From Candidatus Micrarchaeota archaeon CG10_big_fil_rev_8_21_14_0_10_45_29 (lineage in GTDB: Archaea > Micrarchaeota > Micrarchaeia > Anstonellales > Anstonellaceae), in contig PFCD01000001.1 in the NCBI GenBank assembly GCA_002778455.1, positions 53,445-117,444 on the forward strand: DNA of 64,000 bases, written 5' to 3'. Shown here piece after piece: positions 36,984 to 46,355 of the stretch. The notes under the pieces are model-generated. The model had not been told where the DNA came from, did no database searches, and was given only the letters and a program-made list of their open reading frames with translations. Positions within the stretch are counted from its first letter, which is position 1. Every line of letters begins with the position of its first letter. Made by a program: the position numbers and the translations under genes.

Positions 36984-38036
36984 ATGATAAGCAGAAAAGA
37001 AATAGAAAAAGTGCTTAAAAGCTATGACAAGAAAAACCTCTCGCTCGCAACTTTGTGCTCACACTCCTCCTTGCAAATTTTTTACGGCGCAAGAAAAGAG
37101 AAGGTGCACACAATAGGGCTAGTTACAAATGAGGCGCAAAAAAAGCTTTATGACGCATTTCCAAAGGCAAAGCCGGATGAATTTATAGAAGTGGAGGATG
37201 CAGAGGATTTTCCTGAAAGCGAGCTTCTCTCAAAAAACGCGCTTATCATCCCGCACGGCTCAATAGTGGAATACACCGGCGACCTTTTGGATGGGCTAAA
37301 GGTGCCTGTGCTTGGAAACCGATTGTCTTTGCTATGGGAAAAAGACCGCACAAAAATGTTTGAATGGATGAAAAAGGCAGGATTGCGCACCCCTCTAATA
37401 TTTAACCCCGATAAAATAGACCGCCCATGCGTTGTAAAGCATTTGGGGGCAAAAGGGGGGCGCGGATACGCCATAGTGCACTCGAGCGAGGAATTTCATT
37501 CAAAATTTGAAAATGTAAAAGGGGTAATGGTGCAGGAATACCTCACAGGGGTGAGAGTATATCCGCATTATTTCTACTCCCCTCTCTCAAAAAAAGGATA
37601 CAGGGCATCCGGCGGGCATCTTGAGATGATGTCAATTGACAGGCGCTTTGAGTCAAACATTGATGAGAGCTACCGCACCATGATGGCGGGGGTGCCCATA
37701 AAGGCATCCTTCACCGTAGTAGGAAACGAGCCGCTTGTGTTGCGCGAATCCTTATTGCCTGAAGTGCTTGAAATGGGAAAAAACACTGTTGAGGCGGCAG
37801 ACAAATTATTTGGCGGCATACCCGGGCCCTTCTGCCTTGAGCTGATAGTGGACGAGACTTTGCAATTTTATGCCTTTGAAATAAGCGCGCGAATAGTTGC
37901 AGGCACCAACATATATCCCGAAGGCTCGCCCTATTCCGTGTATTCGTTTGATGAGAATATGAGCACTGCGCGAAGAATTGCAAAAGAAGTAAAAGATGCT
38001 GCCAAAAAAGATATGCTTGAAAAAATTGCCTACTGA
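36984..38036 (+). CDS. purP: 5-formaminoimidazole-4-carboxamide ribonucleotide (FAICAR) synthetase PurP
   Basis: It is similar to archaeal PurP throughout: 'ATLCSHSSLQIFYGA', 'GNRLSLLWEKDR', 'GAKGGRGYAIV', 'YPHYFYSPL', 'IDRRFESNID', 'LRESLLPEVLEMG', 'PGPFCLE', 'EISARIVAGTN' and 'SPYS'. Confidence 0.85.
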   Translation: MISRKEIEKVLKSYDKKNLSLATLCSHSSLQIFYGARKEKVHTIGLVTNEAQKKLYDAFPKAKPDEFIEVEDAEDFPESELLSKNALIIPHGSIVEYTGDLLDGLKVPVLGNRLSLLWEKDRTKMFEWMKKAGLRTPLIFNPDKIDRPCVVKHLGAKGGRGYAIVHSSEEFHSKFENVKGVMVQEYLTGVRVYPHYFYSPLSKKGYRASGGHLEMMSIDRRFESNIDESYRTMMAGVPIKASFTVVGNEPLVLRESLLPEVLEMGKNTVEAADKLFGGIPGPFCLELIVDETLQFYAFEISARIVAGTNIYPEGSPYSVYSFDENMSTARRIAKEVKDAAKKDMLEKIAY

Positions 38037-38452
38037 GTTTCTTGCGAAACCGATGCCCTTGCATTTCCCAATATCTTTTTTTGCGCCTCAAAGAAAAATT
38101 CGGTGTTGTTAAGGCTGCGGGCAATAACTATATATTGTTCCATCTCGCTCTCAGGGCGCCTGTTGTTTATGCACTCATCTACCTTTTTCACTACCCATCT
38201 TCCAACCGTTGTTTCTGTTTGAAGCTTTATGCTGGGGAGAATATCTTTCTCTCCCATTATTTTAGAATAATATTGCAAAACATTATTTGCATCTCCTGCA
38301 TTAAGCGTCTGTGCAAGCTGGCTTAGCATATCCTTTGGGCAGATTCTCACAATGCAGGCATCCTGCCCATTGCCGTTGCCTGAGAATTCTTTTGCCACGC
38401 CGTTCTTTGTTTGCGGCTTCCACCTAGCAAATACTTTAAATATGTTATTCAT
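38030..38452 (-). CDS. Hypothetical small protein (140 aa)
   Basis: This ORF fills the gap between purP and the PLP enzyme gene. It has no recognisable motif, and its coding status is uncertain. Confidence 0.3.
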   Translation of the reverse strand: MNNIFKVFARWKPQTKNGVAKEFSGNGNGQDACIVRICPKDMLSQLAQTLNAGDANNVLQYYSKIMGEKDILPSIKLQTETTVGRWVVKKVDECINNRRPESEMEQYIVIARSLNNTEFFFEAQKKILGNARASVSQETQ

Positions 38453-38487
38453 AATCTAATTATGTGTATTTATATTTATAAACTTGC

Positions 38488-39687
38488 CTATTTTACCAAC
38501 CCAATATTTTTGCCCACTTTTTCAATGGCTTCAAGCGCAAAATCCAAATCCTCTTTTGAAAAATCTGCCCTTATCTGGGTGCGCACGCGCGCTTTGTCCT
38601 TTGCCACCATGGGGAATACGATTGGCACAGCAAACACTCCCTCCTCATAAAGCCCTGCAGAGAGCTGTTTTGCCTTTGTTGAATCCCCTGTCATTATAGG
38701 CACAATGGGCGTCTGCGAATTTCCTGTATCCAGCCCCATTTTCGAGAGCTTTTCTTTGAAATATTCTGTGTTTTCCCACAATTTCTTGACAAGCGAATCG
38801 TCTTTCTCAAGTATTTCAAGCGCTTTTGTGCATGCCGCAACAGTTGCGGGGGGTGCGCTTCCGGAGAGCAAATAAGTCCTTGCTTTGTTGTGCATATATT
38901 CCTTCATCACGGATGAGCATGAGACAAGCCCGCCAACAACGCCGAATGCTTTTGAAAATGTGCCCATTTCCGCCTCAATTTTCCCGTGCAAATTAAAATG
39001 GTCCACTATTCCTCTTCCATGGCTTCCAAGCACCCCGTCGCCATGCGCATCATCCACCCAAATATATGCGCCATATTTTGAGCAGACTTCCTGTATCTTG
39101 CCAAGGGGCGCAATATCCCCGTCCATTGAAAATACTCCATCTGTAATTACCCAAATTTTCTTGTGTTTTCCGCTTTTTTGCGCCTCTTCCAATTTAGCCG
39201 CCAAATCCTGCACCTCACAGTGCTTGTAAATTCCCTTTTCAGCTTTTGAAAGCCTTACTCCGTCAATTATTGAGCCGTGGTTTAATTCATCAGAGAGTAC
39301 AAGCGTTTCCTTGTCAAGCAATTGCGGAATTCCCCCCGCGTTTGCGGCAAAGCCTGTCTGAAAATACACTGCAGCCTCTGATTTTTTGAACCTTGCAATC
39401 GTCTCCTCAAGCTTTATATGCAAATCCATGGTGCCTGCAATAGGGCGCACCGCGCCCGAGCCTGCGCCGTATTTTTTAGTTGCCTCAATTGCCGCCTCCA
39501 CCATTTCAGGGTGGTTTGAGAGCCCCAAATAATTGTTTGTGCCAAACATCAGCACTTTTTTGCCGTTAACCACTCCGTGCGCACCGGAGTTTGACTCCAA
39601 TTTATAGGTTTTCCAGTAAATATCCTTTGCCTTCAAATCATCAATCACTGGTTTTAAAATAGAATCAAGGGATGCCATATATCTCAC
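38488..39687 (-). CDS. PLP-dependent alpha-oxoamine synthase (2-amino-3-ketobutyrate CoA ligase / 8-amino-7-oxononanoate synthase family)
   Basis: 'KKVLMFGTNNYLGLSNHPEMVEAAIEA', 'GTMDLHIKLEETIARF', 'FQTGFAANAG', 'SDELNHGSIIDG', 'WVDDAHGDGVLG' and 'GTFSKAFGVVGG' (PLP-binding lysine) are diagnostic of the Kbl/BioF family. Confidence 0.85.
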   Translation of the reverse strand: MRYMASLDSILKPVIDDLKAKDIYWKTYKLESNSGAHGVVNGKKVLMFGTNNYLGLSNHPEMVEAAIEATKKYGAGSGAVRPIAGTMDLHIKLEETIARFKKSEAAVYFQTGFAANAGGIPQLLDKETLVLSDELNHGSIIDGVRLSKAEKGIYKHCEVQDLAAKLEEAQKSGKHKKIWVITDGVFSMDGDIAPLGKIQEVCSKYGAYIWVDDAHGDGVLGSHGRGIVDHFNLHGKIEAEMGTFSKAFGVVGGLVSCSSVMKEYMHNKARTYLLSGSAPPATVAACTKALEILEKDDSLVKKLWENTEYFKEKLSKMGLDTGNSQTPIVPIMTGDSTKAKQLSAGLYEEGVFAVPIVFPMVAKDKARVRTQIRADFSKEDLDFALEAIEKVGKNIGLVK

Positions 39688-39834
39688 CAGCCCCTCTCAT
39701 GTTTGCCGACATTTATAATATTTGCCAGCCAAACTGCATTATATTCGCTAAAAAGCGTAAAAATCAAGCAACTTTGCCCACGAGGCTAAAGAATTGATTT
39801 AAATCACGCGGAAAAACACCCCTTAGGTAAATTT

Positions 39835-40677
39835 ATGCAAAATAACAGCGACATAGAGAATATGCAGCATATATTGCAATTCTCCTCATCAGAGGACACC
39901 CCTATAATGCTTTTGCGCGAAAAGGGGGAAATAACCTCCCGCCCCCTAAAAGGAGAGCAGAATTTTTCCTTCTCTCCCATCAAAGCCTGCGTAGGCTACA
40001 AAAAAATGGGGGAAAAATGGGAAAAATGCACCCACGGCTCGCTAAATGTGCGCCAATGCCCCCAATGCCAATTCAAGGATATTGCCCGCTGCTACACAGT
40101 AGGCGACTTTTCCCTCTATCCGGAATTAAAAGAAGAGCTTGATTCCCACAAATACATAATATATTTGGCGCAATTTGGCGAGGACATCACAAAAGTGGGA
40201 TTAACGCGGCGCAGCCGCTATATGCAAAGATGGCGGGAGCAGGGGGCGGATTTTGCAATAGCATTGCTTGAATTTGACGGGCCTGACCAGGCATACCCCG
40301 CAGAGCAGTTTATCTCATATAAATTTCATTTCACTTCGGCGGTGCGCGCATCTCAGAAAATAAAAAGAATTAATTTTGATTCCAAAAAAGCAAAAGAAAA
40401 ATTGCAACAGGCAGCCGACGAGGTTCTCTGCGCCCCCCAGACAGAGCAATTTCGCACAGATGAGAAAATAGTTGACCTGTCAGAATTTTACCCGAAAATA
40501 AAAAGCCTTGAAAAATCCGATTTTGTGGGCGGCAAAATTTTGGGCGCAAAAGGGCAATGGCTTTTTTATGAAAATCCCTCAGGGCAGCATTATGCATCCA
40601 ACATAAACTCGCAAATTTCCCGCTTTTTGCAGGAGAGGGAAAATAGCGGCGATTTATTTAGGCAAGCAGGGCTTTAA
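39835..40677 (+). CDS. Hypothetical protein with a CxxC pair; possibly a T5orf172/GIY-YIG-like domain
   Basis: 'YIIYLAQFGEDITKVGLTRRSRYMQRWREQGADFAIALLEF' loosely resembles T5orf172-type domains; 'CPQCQ' is also present. The domain assignment is weak. Confidence 0.35.
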   Translation: MQNNSDIENMQHILQFSSSEDTPIMLLREKGEITSRPLKGEQNFSFSPIKACVGYKKMGEKWEKCTHGSLNVRQCPQCQFKDIARCYTVGDFSLYPELKEELDSHKYIIYLAQFGEDITKVGLTRRSRYMQRWREQGADFAIALLEFDGPDQAYPAEQFISYKFHFTSAVRASQKIKRINFDSKKAKEKLQQAADEVLCAPQTEQFRTDEKIVDLSEFYPKIKSLEKSDFVGGKILGAKGQWLFYENPSGQHYASNINSQISRFLQERENSGDLFRQAGL

Positions 40678-40694
40678 CCGCCAAAAAACACACA

Positions 40695-41078
40695 TTATTT
40701 TTTCTCAAATTTTAAGCTAACCGAATTTATGCAAAACCTTTTTCCGGCAGGCGCCGGCCCGTCATCAAACACATGCCCCAAATGAGAGCCGCACTTTGCG
40801 CACAACACTTCAACGCGGCGCATGCCGCCGCTGTTATCCTGCTCCAGCCTCACTCTATTTTCAGAGAGCGCCGCGTTAAATGAGGGCCAGCCGCAATGGG
40901 AGTCAAATTTGGCACTTGAGGCGAACAATTCATTGCCGCATGCGGCGCATTTGTAAATTCCCTTCTCTTTATGCGAATTGTATTTTCCTGAAAAAGGCAA
41001 TTCCGTCCCCTTCTCTCGCAGCACATGATACTGCTCTTCTGTAAGCTCTTTTTTCCACTCTTTATCCGATTTTTGCAT
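40695..41078 (-). CDS. msrB: Peptide-methionine (R)-S-oxide reductase MsrB
   Basis: 'GIYKCAACGNELFASSAKFDSHCGWPSF' and 'VLCAKCGSHLGHVFDDGP...RFCINS' carry the two CxxC zinc sites and the catalytic Cys of SelR/MsrB. Confidence 0.9.
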   Translation of the reverse strand: MQKSDKEWKKELTEEQYHVLREKGTELPFSGKYNSHKEKGIYKCAACGNELFASSAKFDSHCGWPSFNAALSENRVRLEQDNSGGMRRVEVLCAKCGSHLGHVFDDGPAPAGKRFCINSVSLKFEKK

Positions 41079-41262
41079 ATAAACGCCCCCAAGCCATTTA
41101 TAAAAAAACTCTTTTGCCCTTTATTTGCTTTTGCCCAAATTCTGCCCCCATCTGCCCAAAAACCTTTTTTGCTGTTTTGCACCAGCGCCCCAGAATCTTG
41201 TTCTCCCTTATTCTGCCGGTTTTTTCTTTATTGCCTTTTTGCGCATTATATAATTGCTTTTC

Positions 41263-41850
41263 TTATTTTGTCCCCTTCTCCTTAACCCCTGCCCTCTTAT
41301 TCTCAAGCCGGGCGCGCACAAAAAAGTAAGAGGATAGCCTGTTTAAATAAATCAAAACGTTTGCAAGCCCCCCCTCATCCAATTCCTGCACCCTTCTTTC
41401 AGCGCGCCTTGCAACCGCGCGCGCCAAATGCAAATAAGAGGCGCCAACGCTTCCCCCCGGCAAAATAAATTCATGAAGCGGCTCAAGGGAAGCGTCAATT
41501 TTTTTTATGCTCTCCTCAAGCTCCTCCACCTTTTGCTTAAATTCCGCATCTTTTAGCTTTGAATTATACCCGCTTATTATGGAATTTGCAAAAAACAAAT
41601 TTTTCTGCACTCCCTCAATTTCATTATCCTCTTTTTCCAAATGCGCCCTCACAACCCCAAGCAGCGAGCACAGCTCGTCAACCGCGCCGACCGCCTTGAA
41701 AACTTTGTCGCTTTTGGGGCGGCGGCTCCCGTCTCCAAGGGAGGAGTGCCCGTCATCCCCTTTTCTTGTAAATGAGCAATGCTCCATATATTTATTTTCG
41801 CTTTTCCCCCTTTTAACCCTAACTTCATGAATCACCGCCCAAGCTTGCAA
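41263..41850 (-). CDS. ATP:cob(I)alamin adenosyltransferase, PduO/MMAB type
   Basis: 'FTRKGDDGHSSLGDGSRRPKSDKVFKAVGAVDELCSLLGV' matches the PduO N-terminal 'TxxGDxGxTxL...S...VEAxGxxDELN' motif. Confidence 0.8.
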   Translation of the reverse strand: MQAWAVIHEVRVKRGKSENKYMEHCSFTRKGDDGHSSLGDGSRRPKSDKVFKAVGAVDELCSLLGVVRAHLEKEDNEIEGVQKNLFFANSIISGYNSKLKDAEFKQKVEELEESIKKIDASLEPLHEFILPGGSVGASYLHLARAVARRAERRVQELDEGGLANVLIYLNRLSSYFFVRARLENKRAGVKEKGTK

Positions 41851-41893
41851 ACCCGCCGATAGCTTCTCTCCCCGCAGTTCAAAGAGCTTATGC

Positions 41894-42829
41894 TTGTTTT
41901 TTATTCCTATTCACCCAAAACAATTCATGAAAAGATTGCCATTATTTCAAAATCCTATCCTTATGATAACCCTCATGTTTGCAATAACGCAAATAATCGG
42001 GCTAATTTCGGGCATTCTGCTAATTTCCTCCGCGCGCGGAAACGAATATGTAAATATGATGAGCATCTCGGTAGTTGATGATTCCAACAGCATATTAAAC
42101 GCATTTTTGCTGATTTTCTACGTGCTTATCGGCGCAGGAATTGCACTTTTAATAATGAAATTTTTCAGGACAAAAATTCTTTTCCGCCTTATGGAGCTTG
42201 CGGTGGTGGGCGGCACGGTATCGGTGCTTCTCTTCTCATTTATATTCGCACTCTCCGGATTTGGATTTTTTGAATCCCTTTTCTCCTCCATTTTGGCGGG
42301 GGGCGCATTCTCGATTATAAAATTCTTTACCCCCTCCCTGAAAAATCCTGCCGCTATCCTCTCATCCGCAGGGGTTGCCGCCCTTTTCGGCTTCTCATTA
42401 GGCTTTATACCCGCCCTTGCATTCATACTCCTTCTCTCGCTCTATGACTATATCGCGGTATTCAAAACACGCCATATGCTAACTTTGGCAAAAGGGCTTG
42501 GCACGCATGACATGTCATTTACAATTACCGCAAAGGCAAAGCCTCCCTCAAAAGCAAATATAAAAATCGAGAAAATTCCTGAAAAAGAATTAATGCGCCT
42601 TGATTTGGGAAGCGGGGATTTGGCGGTTCCGGCAGTATTGGCTGTTTCTACTTATTCCTCTTTCGGGCTTGAGGGCGCAATAGCGGTAGCAGTTGGCGCA
42701 ATAATCTCAATTTACTTTACCCTTGAATTTGTTATAAAAAGGCATGTGGTTTTGCCGGCTCTTCCTCCAATTTGCTTAGGAAGCCTAATAGCCTTATTTT
42801 TAGCGGAATTAATAAAACTGGCAATTTAG
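41894..42829 (+). CDS. Presenilin/signal-peptide-peptidase-like (A22 family) intramembrane aspartyl protease homologue
   Basis: It has about 8-9 TM helices carrying the three family signatures in the correct order: 'LSLYDYIAVF' (YD), 'LDLGSGDLAVPAVLAV' (GxGD) and 'VVLPALPPICLG' (PAL). Confidence 0.55.
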   Translation: MFFIPIHPKQFMKRLPLFQNPILMITLMFAITQIIGLISGILLISSARGNEYVNMMSISVVDDSNSILNAFLLIFYVLIGAGIALLIMKFFRTKILFRLMELAVVGGTVSVLLFSFIFALSGFGFFESLFSSILAGGAFSIIKFFTPSLKNPAAILSSAGVAALFGFSLGFIPALAFILLLSLYDYIAVFKTRHMLTLAKGLGTHDMSFTITAKAKPPSKANIKIEKIPEKELMRLDLGSGDLAVPAVLAVSTYSSFGLEGAIAVAVGAIISIYFTLEFVIKRHVVLPALPPICLGSLIALFLAELIKLAI

Positions 42830-42913
42830 GCAAAGCCGAAAAAGTAATTTAGAAAAAGAATTAAAATAAGAAAATAAAGAAAAATAAAAAGAGAAAAAAG
42901 TTAAGCTATTCGC

Positions 42914-43225
42914 TTAACCAAAGAGTGATGCAAGCCCTTCAGCCGCAGCCTCTTCTTTCTTTGCAGAGTCCTCTTCCTTCTTCTCCTCTTTCTTTCCCTC
43001 TGCAGGGGCAGCAGCCGCCGGTGCCGCAGCAGCAACAGGCGCCGCAGCGGCTTTTAGCACTTCTTCAAAGTCAACGTTTTTGAGAGCCTCTGCCAATACT
43101 TTGGCTTTAGCCGGGTCAACATCAGCGCCGGATGCTTTCACAACTGACGAAATGTTTGCCTCGTTTATCTCCTTGTCCGCACCTTTTAGCAAAAGCGCGG
43201 CATGCAAATACGGGTCTATTTTCAT
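42914..43225 (-). CDS. rpl12: 50S ribosomal stalk protein L12 (aL12/P1)
   Basis: 'YLHAALLLKGADKEINEANISSVVKASGADVDPAKAKVLAEALKNVDFEEVL', an Ala/Pro hinge, an acidic 'EEKKEEDSAKKEE' tail and a C-terminal 'GLASLFG' are all present. Confidence 0.85.
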   Translation of the reverse strand: MKIDPYLHAALLLKGADKEINEANISSVVKASGADVDPAKAKVLAEALKNVDFEEVLKAAAAPVAAAAPAAAAPAEGKKEEKKEEDSAKKEEAAAEGLASLFG

Positions 43226-43245
43226 ATATCTCTCCTCCTAAAATA

Positions 43246-44250
43246 TTATTTTCTCTCTCCCTCGCCATCTGGCGATTTTTCCTCAGGCTTTCCCGCATCG
43301 GCTTGGGCCTCTGAACTCCCTTCCGATGCCTCCGCGGATGCGGAGCTGCCTGCCAAATTTCCCACGCGCGCTTCAAGCGCATCCTGCATTCTCATCGCCG
43401 GCGCCAGCACAAGCTGGATGTGGGATTCCGAGTATGCGCCGCTCTCTCTCACAAGCCCGACTGCCTGCATAATGGAGCCTGAGAGGAGATGAGAAATATT
43501 CATCTCTGTCGGGTAAATGCAATTTACCGAACAATTGTAGCATTGTGCGCAGCTTGACACCAAGTCATCAAACAGCTGCTTCTCATCAATGTCCAGAACT
43601 TCCGCCATATAAAGGGTGCTCTCGCGCACTCCCGCTACCATGCTAATTCCTGCCATAAAGGGCAGAATGTTGAGCTTTTGCAAAGCCTTGCAAACATTTC
43701 CGCTTATCTTCTCTCCCTTTTTGGCAACAGTCGAATCCTTTGCAACGGCTATTTTTCCGCCTGCAATTCTTGCGTTTATTCCTGCCAGCTTTAATTCCGA
43801 GAGCGCAGGGCCAGGAGGCAAATCAGTCTCGCCTGCAGGCACAATGATGTCGCTCTCTGCCATCTGCCCGGGCTTTGCCGCAACTTTTTGCTTGTTAAGC
43901 TTGAAATGCCTGAATATGTCATACGGGCTCAAATCCTGTGAAATCACAACTACTGAAGGCGTCTTCATAAGCTCTGCAATTCTTTTGCCGTCTGCGCCGG
44001 ATGCCTCAAGCGCCCTTTTCAAAACGCTGTTTTTGCTCATCAAGAATTTGGTATTCTTGCCTCGCAGCTGCTTTCTTGCAGCCTGCAAAAGCCTGTCAGG
44101 CAAATTCCTGACATCAAGCAACACAACTGTTTTGGCGCTCTTTATCTCGGCTGAAAGTTCCTGCACAAGCATTTTCTTCTTCTCTTTTGCAGGGCGCTCT
44201 TTTGGCTTTTGATTTTTCTTAAATCCTTTTATTTTCGTCATAAATACCAA
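43246..44250 (-). CDS. rpl10: 50S ribosomal protein L10 (uL10/P0)
   Basis: 'VVLLDVRNLPDRLLQAARKQLRGKNTKFLMSKNSVLKRALE' is the L10 N-domain. The C-terminal Ala/Glu/Ser-rich stalk tail 'AGSSASAEASEGSSEAQADAGKPEEKSPDGEGE' is present. It lies between L1 and L12. Confidence 0.85.
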   Translation of the reverse strand: MVFMTKIKGFKKNQKPKERPAKEKKKMLVQELSAEIKSAKTVVLLDVRNLPDRLLQAARKQLRGKNTKFLMSKNSVLKRALEASGADGKRIAELMKTPSVVVISQDLSPYDIFRHFKLNKQKVAAKPGQMAESDIIVPAGETDLPPGPALSELKLAGINARIAGGKIAVAKDSTVAKKGEKISGNVCKALQKLNILPFMAGISMVAGVRESTLYMAEVLDIDEKQLFDDLVSSCAQCYNCSVNCIYPTEMNISHLLSGSIMQAVGLVRESGAYSESHIQLVLAPAMRMQDALEARVGNLAGSSASAEASEGSSEAQADAGKPEEKSPDGEGERK

Positions 44251-44907
44251 CTAGTTTTTCTCCTTCTTCGGAGGAGCTGTTATTTTCACCGCAGGGCTCA
44301 TGGTCATCTTCAGATAAACCGATGCAATGGAGGGCTCGCCAACTTTGCCTTTTATTTTCTCATACACTGCATCAAAATTCTCAAGCAAATCCTTCTCTTC
44401 CATCTTCTCGGTGCCTATGGCGCACTGCACGGTCGGCAAATACTTGCCGCGGGTCATTATCCTCACCCTGCTTTTTGCCTGCGCTATTGCAGGCTCTATT
44501 TCGCCGGCAATGGGTTTTGGAAGCCTTCCTGCAGAGCCGAGCACCTGCCCCAAATTTTTTCCAACCTCAATCATAAGCTGGGGGGAGGCGATAAACTCGC
44601 AAGCTTTTGCAAGCTTTTTGAGCTTTTTGGGATTGCTCTTTAGCCCCTCAATTTCAGCTTTGCCGAAAATATCCTTAATTCCGGCCTTTTTGGCGTCGAG
44701 TGCAAGCTTTTGCTCTGCAAACACCACGACAGGCACTTCCCGCCCGCGCCCCTTTGGCAACTGAACGTCAAGGTTAATCCTGTTCTCCGGCTTTGAGACA
44801 TCAACTCCCCTGAAGTTGAATATTGCCTCTACGCTTTGGGTAAACTTTTTTGTTCCCTTGCTTTCAAGCACTTTTTGCAATGCCTGTTTTATTTGATTTT
44901 TATCCAT
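44251..44907 (-). CDS. rpl1: 50S ribosomal protein L1 (uL1)
   Basis: 'FTQSVEAIFNFRGVDVSKPENRINLDVQLPKGRGREVPVVVFAE' and 'VRIMTRGKYLPTVQCAIGTEKM' are typical of L1. It sits in the conserved position upstream of L10. Confidence 0.9.
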   Translation of the reverse strand: MDKNQIKQALQKVLESKGTKKFTQSVEAIFNFRGVDVSKPENRINLDVQLPKGRGREVPVVVFAEQKLALDAKKAGIKDIFGKAEIEGLKSNPKKLKKLAKACEFIASPQLMIEVGKNLGQVLGSAGRLPKPIAGEIEPAIAQAKSRVRIMTRGKYLPTVQCAIGTEKMEEKDLLENFDAVYEKIKGKVGEPSIASVYLKMTMSPAVKITAPPKKEKN

Positions 44908-44985
44908 TTAAGAATCCCTCCTGCAACTTTGCAGTAATACGGGAAAATCCGCTATTTACCTTATGCTATATTCCCCTTTATAAAA

Positions 44986-45300
44986 TTAACCTTTTGCCTT
45001 GCTAAATTTTATCGAGCCCACCCTGTCCATATCGCTTATGCTAAAAACCGTCCCGCCCTTTTCATCTGCCGGAATAGCGCGAAACGCATGCAATTCTGCG
45101 CGCACCTCATTAATGTTTCCGCCCAAAAAAGCCGCATGTACTCCCTCCTCAATGCCGTTGCCTTTTATTCCCTTCTCTCCCATAAGCTTTTTGGAAAACA
45201 CTCCCGTGCCACCCGCAGCATCCGTTCCTCCCGCCCTGCCTTTTTTATTCTTCTTGTTTTCCGGGGGCGCAAGCATAATTCCAAGTTTCATAATTGTCAT
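44986..45300 (-). CDS. Hypothetical Gly-rich small protein occupying the position where L11 is expected
   Basis: It is a 104-aa ORF ('...GRAGGTDAAGGTGVFSKKLMGEKGIKGNGIEEG...') with no similarity to L11 (no 'PGPPLGPALG' motif). Its coding status is uncertain. Confidence 0.3.
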   Translation of the reverse strand: MTIMKLGIMLAPPENKKNKKGRAGGTDAAGGTGVFSKKLMGEKGIKGNGIEEGVHAAFLGGNINEVRAELHAFRAIPADEKGGTVFSISDMDRVGSIKFSKAKG

Positions 45301-45381
45301 CTCAAGTTATACTAACTACTTATTTATGTATATCCTGCCTCTGCCTGTTGTTTTTATAGTTTATCTTATTTTCTCTATTAT

Positions 45382-46243
45382 GGCATCCGGAAGTTATAAA
45401 GCAAATGCATTTTTCTCCCTTCTTCTGGCAATGTTGATTCTTTTTTCGGGATGTGTAAACATAGACACTCACGAGCAGTTTTATCCCAACGGGCGCTCGC
45501 GCGTCGTAACCCAGATTTATACAAAAAACCTTATCAGCACATTAAACCGCTCCGGCTTCCCCCTGCCGCAAAATTACACAAGCTCTGATTGGGAAACTTA
45601 TTTTAATGACGAGTGCAACTCCCTCTCCTCCCGCGCCCCGGGAGAATACTGCCACATGAGCCAGGGATGGGCAATAATAGACAAGGGAAGGGTTTCAGGC
45701 GACGGGTATGCGCTAAACTCTTATGAGGCGTTTCCATACACAATATACGAACTCTCGATTTTTGAGGTGCCTGTGCCGCACATGGAGGGGTTTGGGAGTG
45801 TCGGAAATTTCAGGGTGCCAAAAACAATAGACTTCTCAATAGCAAACCGCACCTACCTCTCCCAAATAAAGGCGGCAGGGATAAAATATGATTACACAAT
45901 ATCGGTTCCCGGGGAAATACTGGAATACAATGCAGGAGTGCAGGCGGACGGCAACATCAAAGTGGATGCAATAAGGTGGTCCTCAAGAGCCGAGGCAATA
46001 AAAGTAAAAAGCCGCGAGCTTAATTTGCAGCAGATAGCTCTCATAGCAATAAGCGCGATTTTAATATTTCTTTTTGTAGACTTCGTGCTGCTCTGGATTT
46101 ACCATGAATGGTCAAGAAGAAGAAGAAGCGCAAGAAAGCGCAAAATCCTTGAAGAGGCAAAGAAGGCAAGAAAAAGGGTGTTTAGAAAAGACGAGCGGCT
46201 AAAGGGGAGCGAAGTTTACAAGGCGCCCGGCTTCTTTGATTAG
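45382..46243 (+). CDS. Hypothetical exported or membrane-anchored protein (N-terminal signal-like helix with 'LFSGC', C-terminal TM helix plus a long basic tail)
   Basis: The ATG at 45382 gives 'MASGSYKANAFFSLLLAMLILFSGCVNID...'. The C-terminus is 'IALIAISAILIFLFVDFVLLWIY' followed by an Arg/Lys-rich tail. The N-terminal extension of this ORF in the track is rejected. Confidence 0.4.
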
Positions 46244-46355
46244 CAGCAATAACCGCAATCTTTCAGGCGCTTCTTCCTGCCCAGGCGGCAAGGGCACGCA
46301 AGGCATCAGGGGCTTCTTTGGCTAAAAAATAATTATATTTATAAGCGTAGTTTGC

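Noticed and set aside
44986-45300. Annotating this ORF as ribosomal protein L11 on positional grounds
   Set aside because: The sequence lacks all conserved L11 motifs. It is kept only as a hypothetical ORF.
44999-45381. N-terminal 127 aa of the 414-aa plus-strand ORF 44999..46243
   Set aside because: It overlaps the minus-strand ORF and the L1 promoter region, and has low-complexity translation. The plausible start is the ATG at 45382, preceding a hydrophobic signal-like segment.
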